DNA of 64,000 nucleotides from Selaginella moellendorffii (Eukaryota; Plantae; Lycopodiophyta). A program made the position numbers and the translations under genes. The DNA lies in assembly GCF_000143415.4 (NCBI RefSeq), contig NW_003314304.1, positions 1,050,047 through 1,114,046 of the forward strand, written 5' to 3'. Below are positions 12,560-24,074 of this stretch, piece after piece; the stretch's first letter is position 1; each line of letters opens with the position of its first letter. The notes under the pieces are model-generated. The model was given only the letters and a program-made list of their open reading frames with translations. It searched no databases and was not told where the DNA came from.

Positions 12560-15500
12560 TCACGCCTCCTCTGATTCAGATTCGGATTGTTCACCTTGAA
12601 ATAAAATACATTAGAAACTTAGTAAAGGAATATTAATGAATCTCACCTTGAACCCGGGTTATGAATGCTCTTGCTGCATCTCTTGCATGGTCTGGCAAGG
12701 TGATGGTGGCACTCTGCTTCCGCATCCAACCATGCACAACATTATCCACTGATATGCTCATGCTGGGATCCCTTGGATTCAGCACCCATCTCTTTTCTAG
12801 GCAATCCTTCGTATATCTGGAACTTGGCTTGAACCACTCCACAGTTACATTGAAGGAGTTAGTTTCCGCGTCCTCCTCTGCATCAGTGATGCAACACCCC
12901 ACCCATATCATTTGTTTTTTATTACTGGGTCTGACAAGCACGACCATTCCTTTGCAGACCTGTAATGGATTGAATGCTGAATCCGGCTTCTTGTTCCTCG
13001 GCCCACAATAGTGATCCTCAACATCGTTATCTGTCACTGCATTTCCAGAGGACACTGTTCCGCTACTATCTGGTGCTCTAGGTTCTGGCCAAAAGGACTC
13101 TTCCAATTCTTCATATACAACCGGCCCATTTTGGATAGCAGATATAATCTTCTCCCAGTATTCGAGCAAAGGCTTGCACCTCTTAAAATAGGATTCTCCA
13201 CCAAACACCAACCCCCTCTTCCAGAAGGCAATATTCTGTCTAATCCCGGCCACTATACTTTCCTGGTCTTTGAGTCCATCCGGGTGCATCGGCCGTGGGG
13301 AACCTTGAGGAATCATAGGTTCCCCAGTTATGGGATCTCTCTTGAAGAGTTCAATGCCGTCCACTGGCAGCCACACTGTGTCCCATTCTCTCATCTTGTA
13401 CCTCATCACTGGAGCACCGTCACGCATGCTGAAATGAAACTAAAGAGGCTTGGAGTGGCCAATCAGCGTTTTGGATCCGTCCCTGATGTAGCCTCTTACA
13501 AACCCCTTAAAGTCTGGAACCTCTGTCACAAGTGCAGCTTCAACAGTGCCTTTGATGCAATTTTGGAATTCATCGTAGAGTTGTGGGAGGGTGAGGACAT
13601 TGGATCGCCGGAAGGACTCTGCCAGGTGACTGAACATGGCATCGACGTCTTCATGAGTGTGCCCAACCATGAGAAAGCCAAGTGTAACCGTTTCAAATAT
13701 GCCTTTGGCAACAAGCATCGCCAAGTACGCGAAGACATACATGTTTTTGTTCTCACTGCCAGCATTGTCTGTTTGGAGCAGAAGATGGGGTGGAAGGCCA
13801 CATCGGCCGCAAGAACTTCCTTGAGATTCTGCTTCGTTTGGATGAGGCTGTGCATTCATCGGGCGACCAGCCTCGTCGGAATGGCATGAGGCCTCACGTG
13901 ATAACCCTACAATCTGACGGCCAACATATTCACTGGGATGGCATGGGGCCCCACGCAATACTGCAAGCCTTTGCTCCCCCTTCAGCTGAACCCTGTATGG
14001 GGTTCGATCGACAAGGGCCTTATGCAAGGGTTAGCTGTTCAGCTCAGTCTGCACACTTTGCAGAGACCTTAAGTGTTTTGCTAGGGACGCAATCATCATG
14101 TTTGCACCCCCGCCACCTCATAGAGGTACAAAGAAGTTCCCATAGTTCTGGGCACCATGCCCATGAGCGATTATGCCAAACAGAGACACAGGCAGTTGCA
14201 TGGATGAAGAGATTGCCTTGGGGGCAGAATTGAGTCGAGGTAAGCACATCTTTTTCTGGTCCATTTTGTCGTGGATGATGCAGAGGTAAGAGTCAGGTCT
14301 CTCCATGGAGAGAATCCTGTTATGATAATATGTAGTACTGCAGCTTCTCTACTCGATGTTGTGGTCGAGCTGCCTTCTAACCAACGTCTCTCGCTCTTGA
14401 GCACTGCAAGAATTCTTCGACAAAGCCATTTTGATAGCAGTGCACTCGTCACACTTTGAAAAGCTGGAGTACTTTCCTATACTCACATCCCTGAACATGT
14501 TGCTCCACAATCTACTAAATCTAGATTGGCTCAGCTTCCTGTAGCCATTACTCTGGAGTTCCCGATTCACATCTTCCAATATGGCCCCCTTGGTATACAT
14601 AGAAGGGAGAACTCGTTGGGTGTCTCGTGTTCCATCTTCCAAGAGGCAGGTTTTATGTGGTTGCTGCTCGCTACATGTCTTGACAAACCTCTTGAAGATT
14701 GCCTCTCCATATACAACATGACCCCTGGTTTTGTGCGTACCGTCGTTCCCATGGATTGCCTGTTGAACCCTTTGTTCCTCGAACTCAGTTTTGATTCTGT
14801 AGAATGTGGTTCGAGGGACTCCATAAATGATTCTCCATGCCTTCATGCAAACCAAACCCCTCTGGAAGACCATGCCCCCCACCTGATGTTCTGAAGCATC
14901 AACAGATGACCGTAATGCCTCATACACAAAATTGCGAGCTGCCTTCCAGGACAATGTCTTGTATCTTGCTCTCTCCTCTTCAATAGCATCCCAATCAGCA
15001 TGTTGATAGCACCTCCTCTTGCAACAAGCAACTGTCGAGACCATTCAAACCTCCATCGCCATTTTCTGCCTTTTCGGTTCGTTGCTCAGATCCCTTTGGC
15101 TGCGCTTTAGGAAGGTGTACTTTCTTTTCCCATGAAGAGATGTTCTGTCATCAGTTGTAGTGGTGTTTGATTGTGAATCCTTCACATTCTCAAACACTAA
15201 ATGCCTCAATTTCCACCGCACAATGCTTCCAATAGTCAAACTGTTTTCTTCTGTGTCAACAACCTCTAAAATCGCAACTCCAATATCATCCCAGCCCAAT
15301 TCTTGATTAGCAACCGCATCTCTTGGATCGACAACTGTGGCTAAGCCCTCAGCTACCACCTCCCCCTCGGGGTTGTTTAGAAACACCTTTGCCTGAATCC
15401 ATGTAGCACGGTTCTTAAGATCCACGGAGGGAACATGCGTCGCACTTGCGCTGTCCCCAACATCTGCTTTCTTCTGCAGATTTTTCAAGGCAACAACAAC

Positions 15501-15701
15501 ATTTACCCCGACGACCATCTCTCCTCGTTCAATAGCAACCACATTCCCATCGAAGACAGTCTCTACTGATACAGCAGCATTGCCTTCCCCAAGCCTTTGA
15601 CAGTGTATAACAAAGTTCCGATCCATAGACACAAGGGTCCCTTTTGCAACTCTCTTCCCACCATTCAAAATGTAAACCTTTTCCCCAACCCTGAAGGCCA
15701 T
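12560..15701 (-). pseudogene. Transposase: two Tnp1/EnSpm-like beta repeats, Cys-rich region, DDD RNase H core, C-terminal SH3-like module
   Basis: Motifs CCKRRC..CMKAW, FSKCDEC, IIHDKMDQ, LLLQTDNAGSENKN, GFLMVGHTHEDVDAMFS; one reading frame 15701-12633 with stops at 15045, 14349, ~14035 and 13440; short terminal intron before GEQSESESEEA*. Confidence 0.85.
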
Positions 15702-15844
15702 TCTGAAAGTGCAGAATAGAAGTTAAGACCATACAAAAAATGATTGGAGAATGGCCTAAATCATAACATACCAAATAGCATGAGGCCACATGCCATTATT
15801 CAAACATGCTATTGACACCCACGTGAAATTTCGCATTCACAAAA

Positions 15845-16072
15845 TTGGCATGAGCCCTCATGCCATTAGTGGTACCACTAATGGCATGAGGCCTCACGCT
15901 ATCTTTGGCCCCTGCTAGCCTGTTGCTATATTCCTTTTGCCTTGTTGCAACTGTATATATTTTTGTATGCGTGACTAGTCACCCATACAAAAATATATAC
16001 AGTTGCAGCAAGGCAAAAGGAATATGGCAATAGGCTAGCAGGGGCCAAAGAAGGGATGAGGCCTCATGCCAT
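15845..16072. repeat. Two nested loopless palindromes (58 bp and 192 bp) bounded by 22-bp motifs; copy 1 only
   Basis: 15845-15902 centred on GGTACC; 15881-16072 centred on GTGACTAGTCAC; copy 2 has a single motif at 37937-37958. Confidence 0.92.
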
Positions 16073-16259
16073 CTTGATATACACACAGCTGCAGGCAAGT
16101 AAAAACATACATGACAATACGCTAGCCATGAAATTGCAAGGGCCCAAGATGGCATGTGGCCTCATGCCATTTCTAAATGTGGTCCTAAACCATTCCATGG
16201 TGAACATATCAGGAAGCACAAGTGCCGAATATCAAGAGGAAGCGGTAGCCACACCAAAG

Positions 16260-16400
16260 ACAGTGCCGCTCACAACACCGCAACTACTCGTAGCGTCGCT
16301 TGCAACACTGCAACTGCTCGTAGCGCCGCTCGCACAAACTGCCACTCGCATAAACTGCCGCTCGCAATGGCGCTCGCAATGCCGCAACCGCTTGTAGACG
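16260..16400. repeat. ~30-bp CG-rich tandem repeat upstream of the transposase
   Basis: Units like GCGCCGCTCGCAACACTGCAACTGCTCGTA; also 37620-37745. Confidence 0.75.
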
Positions 16401-17193
16401 CATAAACCACAGCTCACAACGCCGCTTACACAAGCAGCGCTCACTGCGCTCAACAGAACCAAGAACACGGCGCACAAAAATGATAGACCTAGGAATGAGT
16501 TCGAGAATTCAAAACTAACACACGCTTGAATGTCACATCAAATCCTCTGACAAACCAGATCTTATGATTCCTCTGACAAATTTCAAACTGAGTAGCTTCT
16601 AGACTTTGCTGTCGGAGGTTGAACTTTGTCACATCATGTCCTTGCCTCGATCCAGCTGTGCCATGTCAGTGATTCGAACTTTGCCATGCCGTGTCAGTGA
16701 TCCGCACCAAGATTATTCGCCGTGTAAAGGAATAATTATGCTGTGTGTGTACGTCCATTTATGGCAATATAAGGCCACACGCCATTCAAAGAATAATGCT
16801 AGTTGAGCATTTTTTGGTGCATTTTTGGGTTCAAAATTGCATGAGCCCACACGCTATAAAGTTTACCTGTACCAAAAATAGAAACAGCTTTATTTACTTG
16901 GGAATTTAAGTGGTTGAGGCATTTTTAAACTTACAAACACATGCCCTACTTACATTCCTTTGGTTGCTTAAAATTCAAAAATATTATAAACATTTCTTTT
17001 TGCATTTTCAATGTTTTCAATTATGGTTTTTGATTTTCGCAGGACCAGCCTAGTAATCTATTTGCATCCCGTCATGTTTATAGCTAGCTTTCGTTTGTCC
17101 CCTTCGCTAGCCTGAGATACATCTGCTCGGCATCTGCCTCTTACAGCATTTGCCCAGAAAGGGCATATTTCTTCACGCAGCATTTGCCACATG

Positions 17194-17219
17194 TTTAGGG
17201 TTTAAGGTTTAGGGTTTAG
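17194..17219 (-). promoter_or_regulatory. Telo-box / short TTTAGGG tract in the divergent promoter region
   Basis: TTTAGGG TTTAAGG TTTAGGG TTTAG; copy 2 (36801-36819) has one unit fewer. Confidence 0.6.
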
Positions 17220-17259
17220 CAATTCAGTAGCTTGATAAACATGCAAATACAGAACTTGA

Positions 17260-18580
17260 TACAAAATCCTTTGATATGTCACAATGCCCCTAGGACCATA
17301 AACACATTTCAATAAAGAGGGTCCTTTCATTTCATAACTCCTTACGTAGATCTTGGTGAAACCAGAGTTAGTGAAGTTAGTTTCTTGTGATCCCACATCT
17401 GATTGTGATGTCCCTTTGCAGTGTTGATGGAAAGGTCAATGCACACCAAACTGTAGAATCTTGGAGCAAAATAACGGTCGGATCTATGGCAAATGCCCCT
17501 GAAACATTGTAAGGCTCGTGTGGTCTCATGTGGTGTCCGATCGAGATGCTTCTTTGCAGGGTCATCAAGAAGGACATTGTATACCATTCTGTAAAATATA
17601 GTTGCGATCTAACGGTTGGATCTCCAGAAAACTCAAAACAATCTCGCGTGTGTCAGAATATTCTAGGAATATACTCCTATGTGCCCCTGAAAATGGCATG
17701 CGGCCCCACGCCATTCAAGAGATAACACCAGATGACACCGAGCATTTTTTGGTGCATTTTTTGGGATCAAAATTGCATGAGCCTACACGCTTGAACGTCA
17801 CATCAAATCCTCTGACAATTTATTTAGCTAAACATCTGGCATTTTTGGAAATACAAGATGCTTTGGAATATCCAATCATGCATGGTATAAATATAGCGAG
17901 GGTATTAAATGATATCCCAATCATGATCTTTCTTTTGGATTTCGGGTGCATGCAGTCCGAAGAATGATAACGTTGTGGATTTCTTTTGGATTTCACGCAT
18001 GCGCGCGGCAATCCAGAAATTAATGGTGGCACCCAAGTCCGAGGAATGATGACGTGGCGGGATTACCAACCGTCGTGACATTTTGCGCGTGTGAGGTTAG
18101 GTTTTGCATTTTGCTTCGTACTTGCGCTCGCACACTCGCGCTCGCATCGCGCTCCCACTCGCGATCACGCTCACATTCGCGCTCATCTACCTTCTCTACA
18201 GGTTTCTTGTGTGCATCGGCGTCCACTCGCACTTGCATCACACTCGCGCTCGTGTGCATCGGCGTCCACTTCAAGACACACCCAGTTTGTAACTTCGCCG
18301 CCAACTCCACCGCCCACTCCGCCACCCACACGCAGCCCACTTGGCGTCCCGGGAGATTTCAGCGCCACTCTCCAACTGTAAGTGGCAGAGTAGCCTTGCT
18401 GCTACAATCCGCTGCACACACAGTGCACATTCGCCAGCGAGTCCGGTTGTCACGCCTCCATTTGGCTTCAAATGGTAAGTCTTTTACGCCAAGTAGAAAA
18501 TGGCATAAGGCCACATGCCATTCAGTAGCAACATTGGCATGCACCGATTGGGCTCTCGAGTGCAGTCCGGTTACAGATGG
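17260..18580. promoter_or_regulatory. CpG-rich putative bidirectional promoter
   Basis: Lies between the divergent genes; dense CGCG/CTCGC at 18000-18460; near-identical to 35440-36760. Confidence 0.55.
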
Positions 18581-18713
18581 TGTGTAGCCTCATGCCATCT
18601 TAGGATGCAGCCTCAAGACATCTGATGCAGTGGTGAATGGCGTGTGGCCTCATGTTATTTCCAGCTGCTAGCTTTTCATCTGTCAGCTCTAATTGTTGTG
18701 CATTTCTGAACAG

Positions 18714-21700
18714 GCAAGGAATTGCGTTCTTCTTCCAGCCACTGTCAATGTGGATGCAGAGAAGGGGGAGGAGCTCACCAGTTGGACTTTCGGGATGGAA
18801 GGCGAGGATCTGAGGCTGTACAACACAGATAGTGGGAGAAAAGAATGCATGGGGATCCTCATCCAAGTGACAGACACTCCATGCAGTTCCATGCAAGAAT
18901 ATGGACTGGCACTTGTGGTAGAGACAGCGTCTGCCTTCAAGATCCACCTTGCACATCCTAGCGGCTTCCCGGAGGGGGGCAGCGGCTATGAGGAATTCCT
19001 AGAGGGAGCTAGGGAGAGGTTGTCCAGGAGGCCCACAATTTCAAAGACGCTGCGGGTCTATGAAGATCACATGGAATCCACGGACCTCACCTACGGCGAT
19101 GTTCAAAAACTATATTCCAACATTGAGCCGTTGAGAGTGCCTCCAGTTCGCGAAGCAAAGGGGAAGGGGGTCGATCTGGAAACTACCCCGAAGCAGAAAA
19201 GGGTGGTCAAGCTCAAGCCGACATCCGACTCTCCTCCAAAACAGAAGCTACTCGGTGATGCCATTGCCTCGGGTTCAAACACTACAGCCACCAAAAAGAA
19301 GAGCCGGAAAGAGCAGAAAGAGCAAGAAGAGGCAGCAAAAATCGTCGCAGATAATAGTACTTGTTACTATTCCAACAAAGTATATACAATCGACGTGAGC
19401 CGTATCGACATCCAAAGCAAATACAACCACAGGCTAGTATCTGATGAGTGGGTGGAGAAACTGAAGCAGAAGATGTTGGCAAATCCAGTAACACCCGACA
19501 TCGCAGACGTGATCTCCTACCACCGAACAATGAAGGGCGAGACGAGGTTTCTAGACTTGATCAATAGGAAGGTGTTGGACGATCAGAACATCCGGTTCTA
19601 TGCCGTCTCCGGGCAGCATTCTAGCTTGGCGATGCAAGAGATAGTTGTGGATATTATGGTGGGCGAGGAGGTGAAGAAAGTCTTCAAGACAAGAGTTGTC
19701 CGCCTGATAAAAGGCAACTCGCCCCTCCGATCTATCATATACATCTCCCACGCGCAGAATGTCAAGCAAGAAACGTGCTACAAATCGGGTCTGCATGAGA
19801 CATTGGCACGAACACGGAAGCTCTAGGTTCAACTGAAGAAGCCACAAAAACCAGGACAAGGACGTGCACTAGCAACTAGCGCCTGGCAGGTAAGCCTCGT
19901 TGCATGTGGCATAGCATGTGGCCTCACGCCATTTCCATTGTAGGAATTCTCGAGTCTTCTCTCGAAAACACTGGGTCAATGACACACTCAGCATCCATAA
20001 TATTCTACTCGCGACAAAAGTTGTTTTTGACAAATGGGTAGATGTGCTGAGGAGGTACCATGACGGGGAGTTACTAAACTCAATGGGTGTGGAGGACGGC
20101 CGGAAGCCCAATGATTTGAAGCTCAACACCTTGCGTTTCTCGCGGTCTCTAGACGACGACGACCTTCTGACAGTTGCTAATGCTCTTCTACGTGGTGAGG
20201 TAGTCTTCAACAAGACCAAAATGACTCCCGGCCATATTGTGACATACGAGGACTTGTGCACGACTCTGAGAGCTCGTGCGCTATTGAAGGATTGGATCTT
20301 CGAGCAAGTGGCCGTGGAGAGGGTGAGCATCGACACCACACAAGAGATGATGGAAGCGCTGGATTTGTCAAATGAAGACATCGACGAGTACGTGAAGGGG
20401 GCCCCCAAGTTCATCGATCTGCTGCGGGATGCCACGAAAAGTAAAGCTGAGAAGTTGGATCAGTATCCAAATTTCATTAAGAGTGATGTCGACCGCCGGC
20501 TTCAGAAACAGCTCGACCCCACAGCAGAGGCCTATCGAGAACCTTACCGGGTATACTTGAATTCGGATGAGGATCAAAGGTGGAGGAGCATCGTTTCCCG
20601 CGGAGATGAGCAGGTCAAGAACATCTTTTGTGTGATAGACTTCACAAACGAGGAGATCACTCATGCAGACGAAGTCAGCTCCATCATTGACTTAATGGTG
20701 GGACTTGCGGAGGTGGAATCTTTAGTCCACTATATGATCTACGACTCCGAATCCTATCACAAGTTCTGGAAGGCCTTGAACGAGGTGAAGGCTCGGTTGA
20801 AAGGCAAGGAGATGTGGGAGATCCATGGGATAATGGCTAAGAAGAAGATACCGACGAATGTCCGCATCTTCACACTCGCCCTTGTTATTGGTCCTGCAGT
20901 AGAGTGGGACTGGAGTGACTTCCCAGCTTCGTTCGACAAGGCCGATCGAATTGATCTGAGGGAGGTCAATTTACCCGTGCCTGAGGAACTGAAGACGGCT
21001 ATGGAGCTTTCGAATCCAAAGAAAGCTCCAGGTGCAGCATGGGAAATGCTCAGCTGGGTCTTCAACACAATAGCGGGTGGGTCACCTGCTTCCGACTCCA
21101 AGGGCAAATGCGTTGTCGAGTACAACTGTGGCGGACTATTCTTTCAAGCCGCACTACTCAAGGGTGTCCCGTGTGTTGCGGTGACAAACTCCATTGAAGA
21201 GGTGACTTCAATGGAGCATATAATTACAATTGCCAAAGAAAAACAGTATCTTCTCTGCGAACCTAGTGAGTACGCACTTTAAGTTTAAATGTTATCTCAC
21301 AAGCTCTGTATGCAGGAGCGTGGCCACCCCCAGATGCTGAAACGGCGTTAACAGCTACTGTTGAAGATACCCATGTTGGGCCGAGCTCACAACCTGCACA
21401 AGGTAAGGTCACGTGAGGCCTCACGCCATTTTGATTATAGATCATTGTGAATATTCAGACACGAGGACTGAAAAGCGCACAGGTGGCATGTCGAAGAAGG
21501 ACAAACAGACAAGCAATAGGAAAAAAGGAGGTACAAATTATATTTGCAATGGCGTGTGGTCTCATGCCATTCCTTGCAGGAGACACTTCTTCAAAGGCAA
21601 AACAGACAAGCACCAGCCAAGCTCAAACTAACAGTGGTCATAAAAAGTGAAAGCACGTTGGACAGTCGTCGGGATCAGAGGCGTTTGATTCGAAAAGGAA

Positions 21701-24074
21701 GAAGGGCAACGAAAAGATGATAGGTAATGCCTCGCGGTTATGGCGTGTGTGCTCATGCCATTCATTGCAAATCAAGGGCTGAGTGAAAGCAGGCAGTCAC
21801 CACCTCCTGACTCAGATTCCTATGGCGGACTCCCCTTCCCCAATCTCAATGGAGAGGTACAATGGATGAGGGATGCTTTTCAAGTCAGGGCCACGTTTTT
21901 CTCATCTCGTCGTCTTCGAAGGGTGCAAGAACGTGCAGAAACCATGTTAAGACAGTCGGGTGAGGATACGGTCCTAGGTCACGCACTAAAACAGGCTATG
22001 GATGTCTTGTATTTTGAGATGGAGACTCAGCCAGATGATTTTCCCAAGATGGTCCTGGAAGAACAAGCCATCCAGCTTGAGCAGCCTATGGAAGAAATGC
22101 AGGAGGGGGATGAGGAGCCAGAGAAAGATAATGAGCAGGAAGAGTAGAAGGACGAAGAGGAGGACGAAGAAGAGGAGGACGAAGAGGATTTGGATGGTCC
22201 TCACAATGGTGACGATCACAATAACGACGACGACGATGATGACGACGATGGCTAGCCTGAGGTGGCCAAAGAGTAGCGGAGGAAGGTCATACAAGACAAA
22301 CCATCAGGTAAATAATAGAACATCCATTCCTAACCTTTTACCATTTCTAACATTGTCCATGTAGGTCGCAGAGCAAATGGTAAGTAGAGATTATTCAGTT
22401 GAATTTACAAACTCTAGCCTCTAGTGTCGAGGAAGGATAGTGCCAAGCAAGGGTCGAAACGTATGTCCAATCCTTCAGAATCAGCAGTGCGCCCAAGTGA
22501 TATCGGTCCTAGTTCCTCAATAGCAGTTGATGGTAAATACAGTATAGTCGATTCAATGTGCTAATGAGTTTGTTTTTAGTAGCACGGGAGGATACCATCT
22601 CAATCGAAGGGAGATATTTGGACATGCATATGGATCCGCCAGTGGACTCTACTTGCCTGCAAGAGTCATCAGAGCTGGTGGAGGCTATTATCCATATCAA
22701 CGCCAAGCAAGCTGACCATGCTCCACTTGATGCTGCCCATACCACTGAGTCAATCTTGTCCACGTATCCAACTGACGGTGACCAGGCACCATTGGACCCG
22801 CATGAGGCCGCCCCAACCGCCGAGCCGGTCATATCCTCATTTCCAACGGACTCAATGTGTGCCCAATCGTCTGACTACGCGCCGTTGGAACCTCCCTACA
22901 CCGCCCCTGCTGCCTGTTCGGTCATGTCCACTTTGCCAACGGAGGCACCAGCTAAAATGGCGTGTGATCACACGCCATCGGAACCACCCCATGCCACTGT
23001 TGAGCCAGTTGTACCAGAGTCTACAGCTGAAATGGCATGTGCCCACACGCCATCGGATGCGATTGACCCCACATTGCAGAGGAGAGTATTTCCGCCCTTC
23101 ACGTTTCCTCGACCAAAACCCTCTCAACGACCATCGGGAGCACCATTCGCTAATATTGTAGATGGTAAAATTGACTTGTACCATTTTTTATGCTGACGCA
23201 TTTCATTTCAGAGTCACGGCGAAGGTACTGTATCGTTTTTGATCTGAACGGTGTCCTTTTCTCCCATGAGCGTGGCTCATCCTCGAATGTCACTGCACCC
23301 TCCAAAGCCTGCGGTCGCAAGTTGGTCAAAAGAGACAGATTCACATTAATCACACGAGAGAAATTGCGGGATCTAATAATGACCATGCGACACTTAAAAC
23401 AGAGGGCCGGGTTCAATTTGCAATTGGGAGTTTGGACATCCATGATGCGCCACAATGCATTAACGTTGCTACAGATGATGCACGATCAGACGCAAGTAAT
23501 ATTACCATTTGACTTTCTCCTAACGCAGGAGGATTGCTTGACTATGGTTCATGTGAGGGGTAGCAAGCCCATCTTTGTCAAGCCAGAGGCTGTAGTGATG
23601 AACCGGACTGCTAGGTCAAGTGAAATCCTCATCATCGATGACTCGCCGATTAAAACTGCAGCGAACACGCACACATATGCAGTGCACCCCATCTCTTGTA
23701 GTATGGAAACTAGGGAGAAGAAACCATATGTTCTGGGGGACCTTGCAAAACGGCTTGGAGCGATGGTGATAGAGAACCGGCCAGTCCAGGAGGTGGCTAC
23801 AGAAATCAACCAAATGGCAGATGGAACGGTATATCAGAAGCCATTTGATCGGATAGACACCAGTCATCATTTATGGCATGTATATTGTCTAGCCAAGCAC
23901 TATCCGCATCTCCATAATCTGCTCAACCGGATGGGTTCTTCGACCATTGAACATGAGTGTGGACGTATTAGAGAAGAGATGGCATTACTATTGAGTTTAA
24001 ATCCTGATAGTGTGGAGAGTGATGAAATTCCAAGATTATTGTATAGGCGTTGGAGGCAAAAAATAATAGTCTGA
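18714..24074 (+). pseudogene. Multi-exon cargo gene (~1,600 aa): ParB/Srx-like, degenerate N6/N4 MTase-like, acidic/repeat linker, FCP1/NIF HAD phosphatase
   Basis: Frame-preserving introns 19890-19943, 21266-21315, 21403-21458, 21531-21579, 21724-21770, 22308-22364, 22380-22424, ~22533-22579, 23165-23211; motifs YNHR..FYAVSGQHS..AQN; NPKK..GKCVVEYNCGG..AALLKG; IVFDLNGVL, VWTS, IIDDSPIK; lesions in this copy are intact in copy 2; true start not resolved. Confidence 0.75.

Noticed and set aside
13011-13889. 292-aa + strand ORF (and 33621-34229, 43914-44642)
   Set aside because: Antisense shadows of transposase, cargo or gag coding sequence
15775-16170. CRISPR-like array of palindromic repeats
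   Set aside because: Spacers range from 14 to >1000 bp, there are no cas genes, and the context is eukaryotic and intron-containing
18020-18587. Several ORFs perfectly conserved between the two copies
   Set aside because: Identity holds in all frames, so it reflects DNA-level identity of a GC-rich promoter; no recognisable protein features
20600-21240. Active DNA methyltransferase
   Set aside because: No DPPY/SPPY catalytic motif and a degenerate FxGxG; at most a pseudo-enzyme fold
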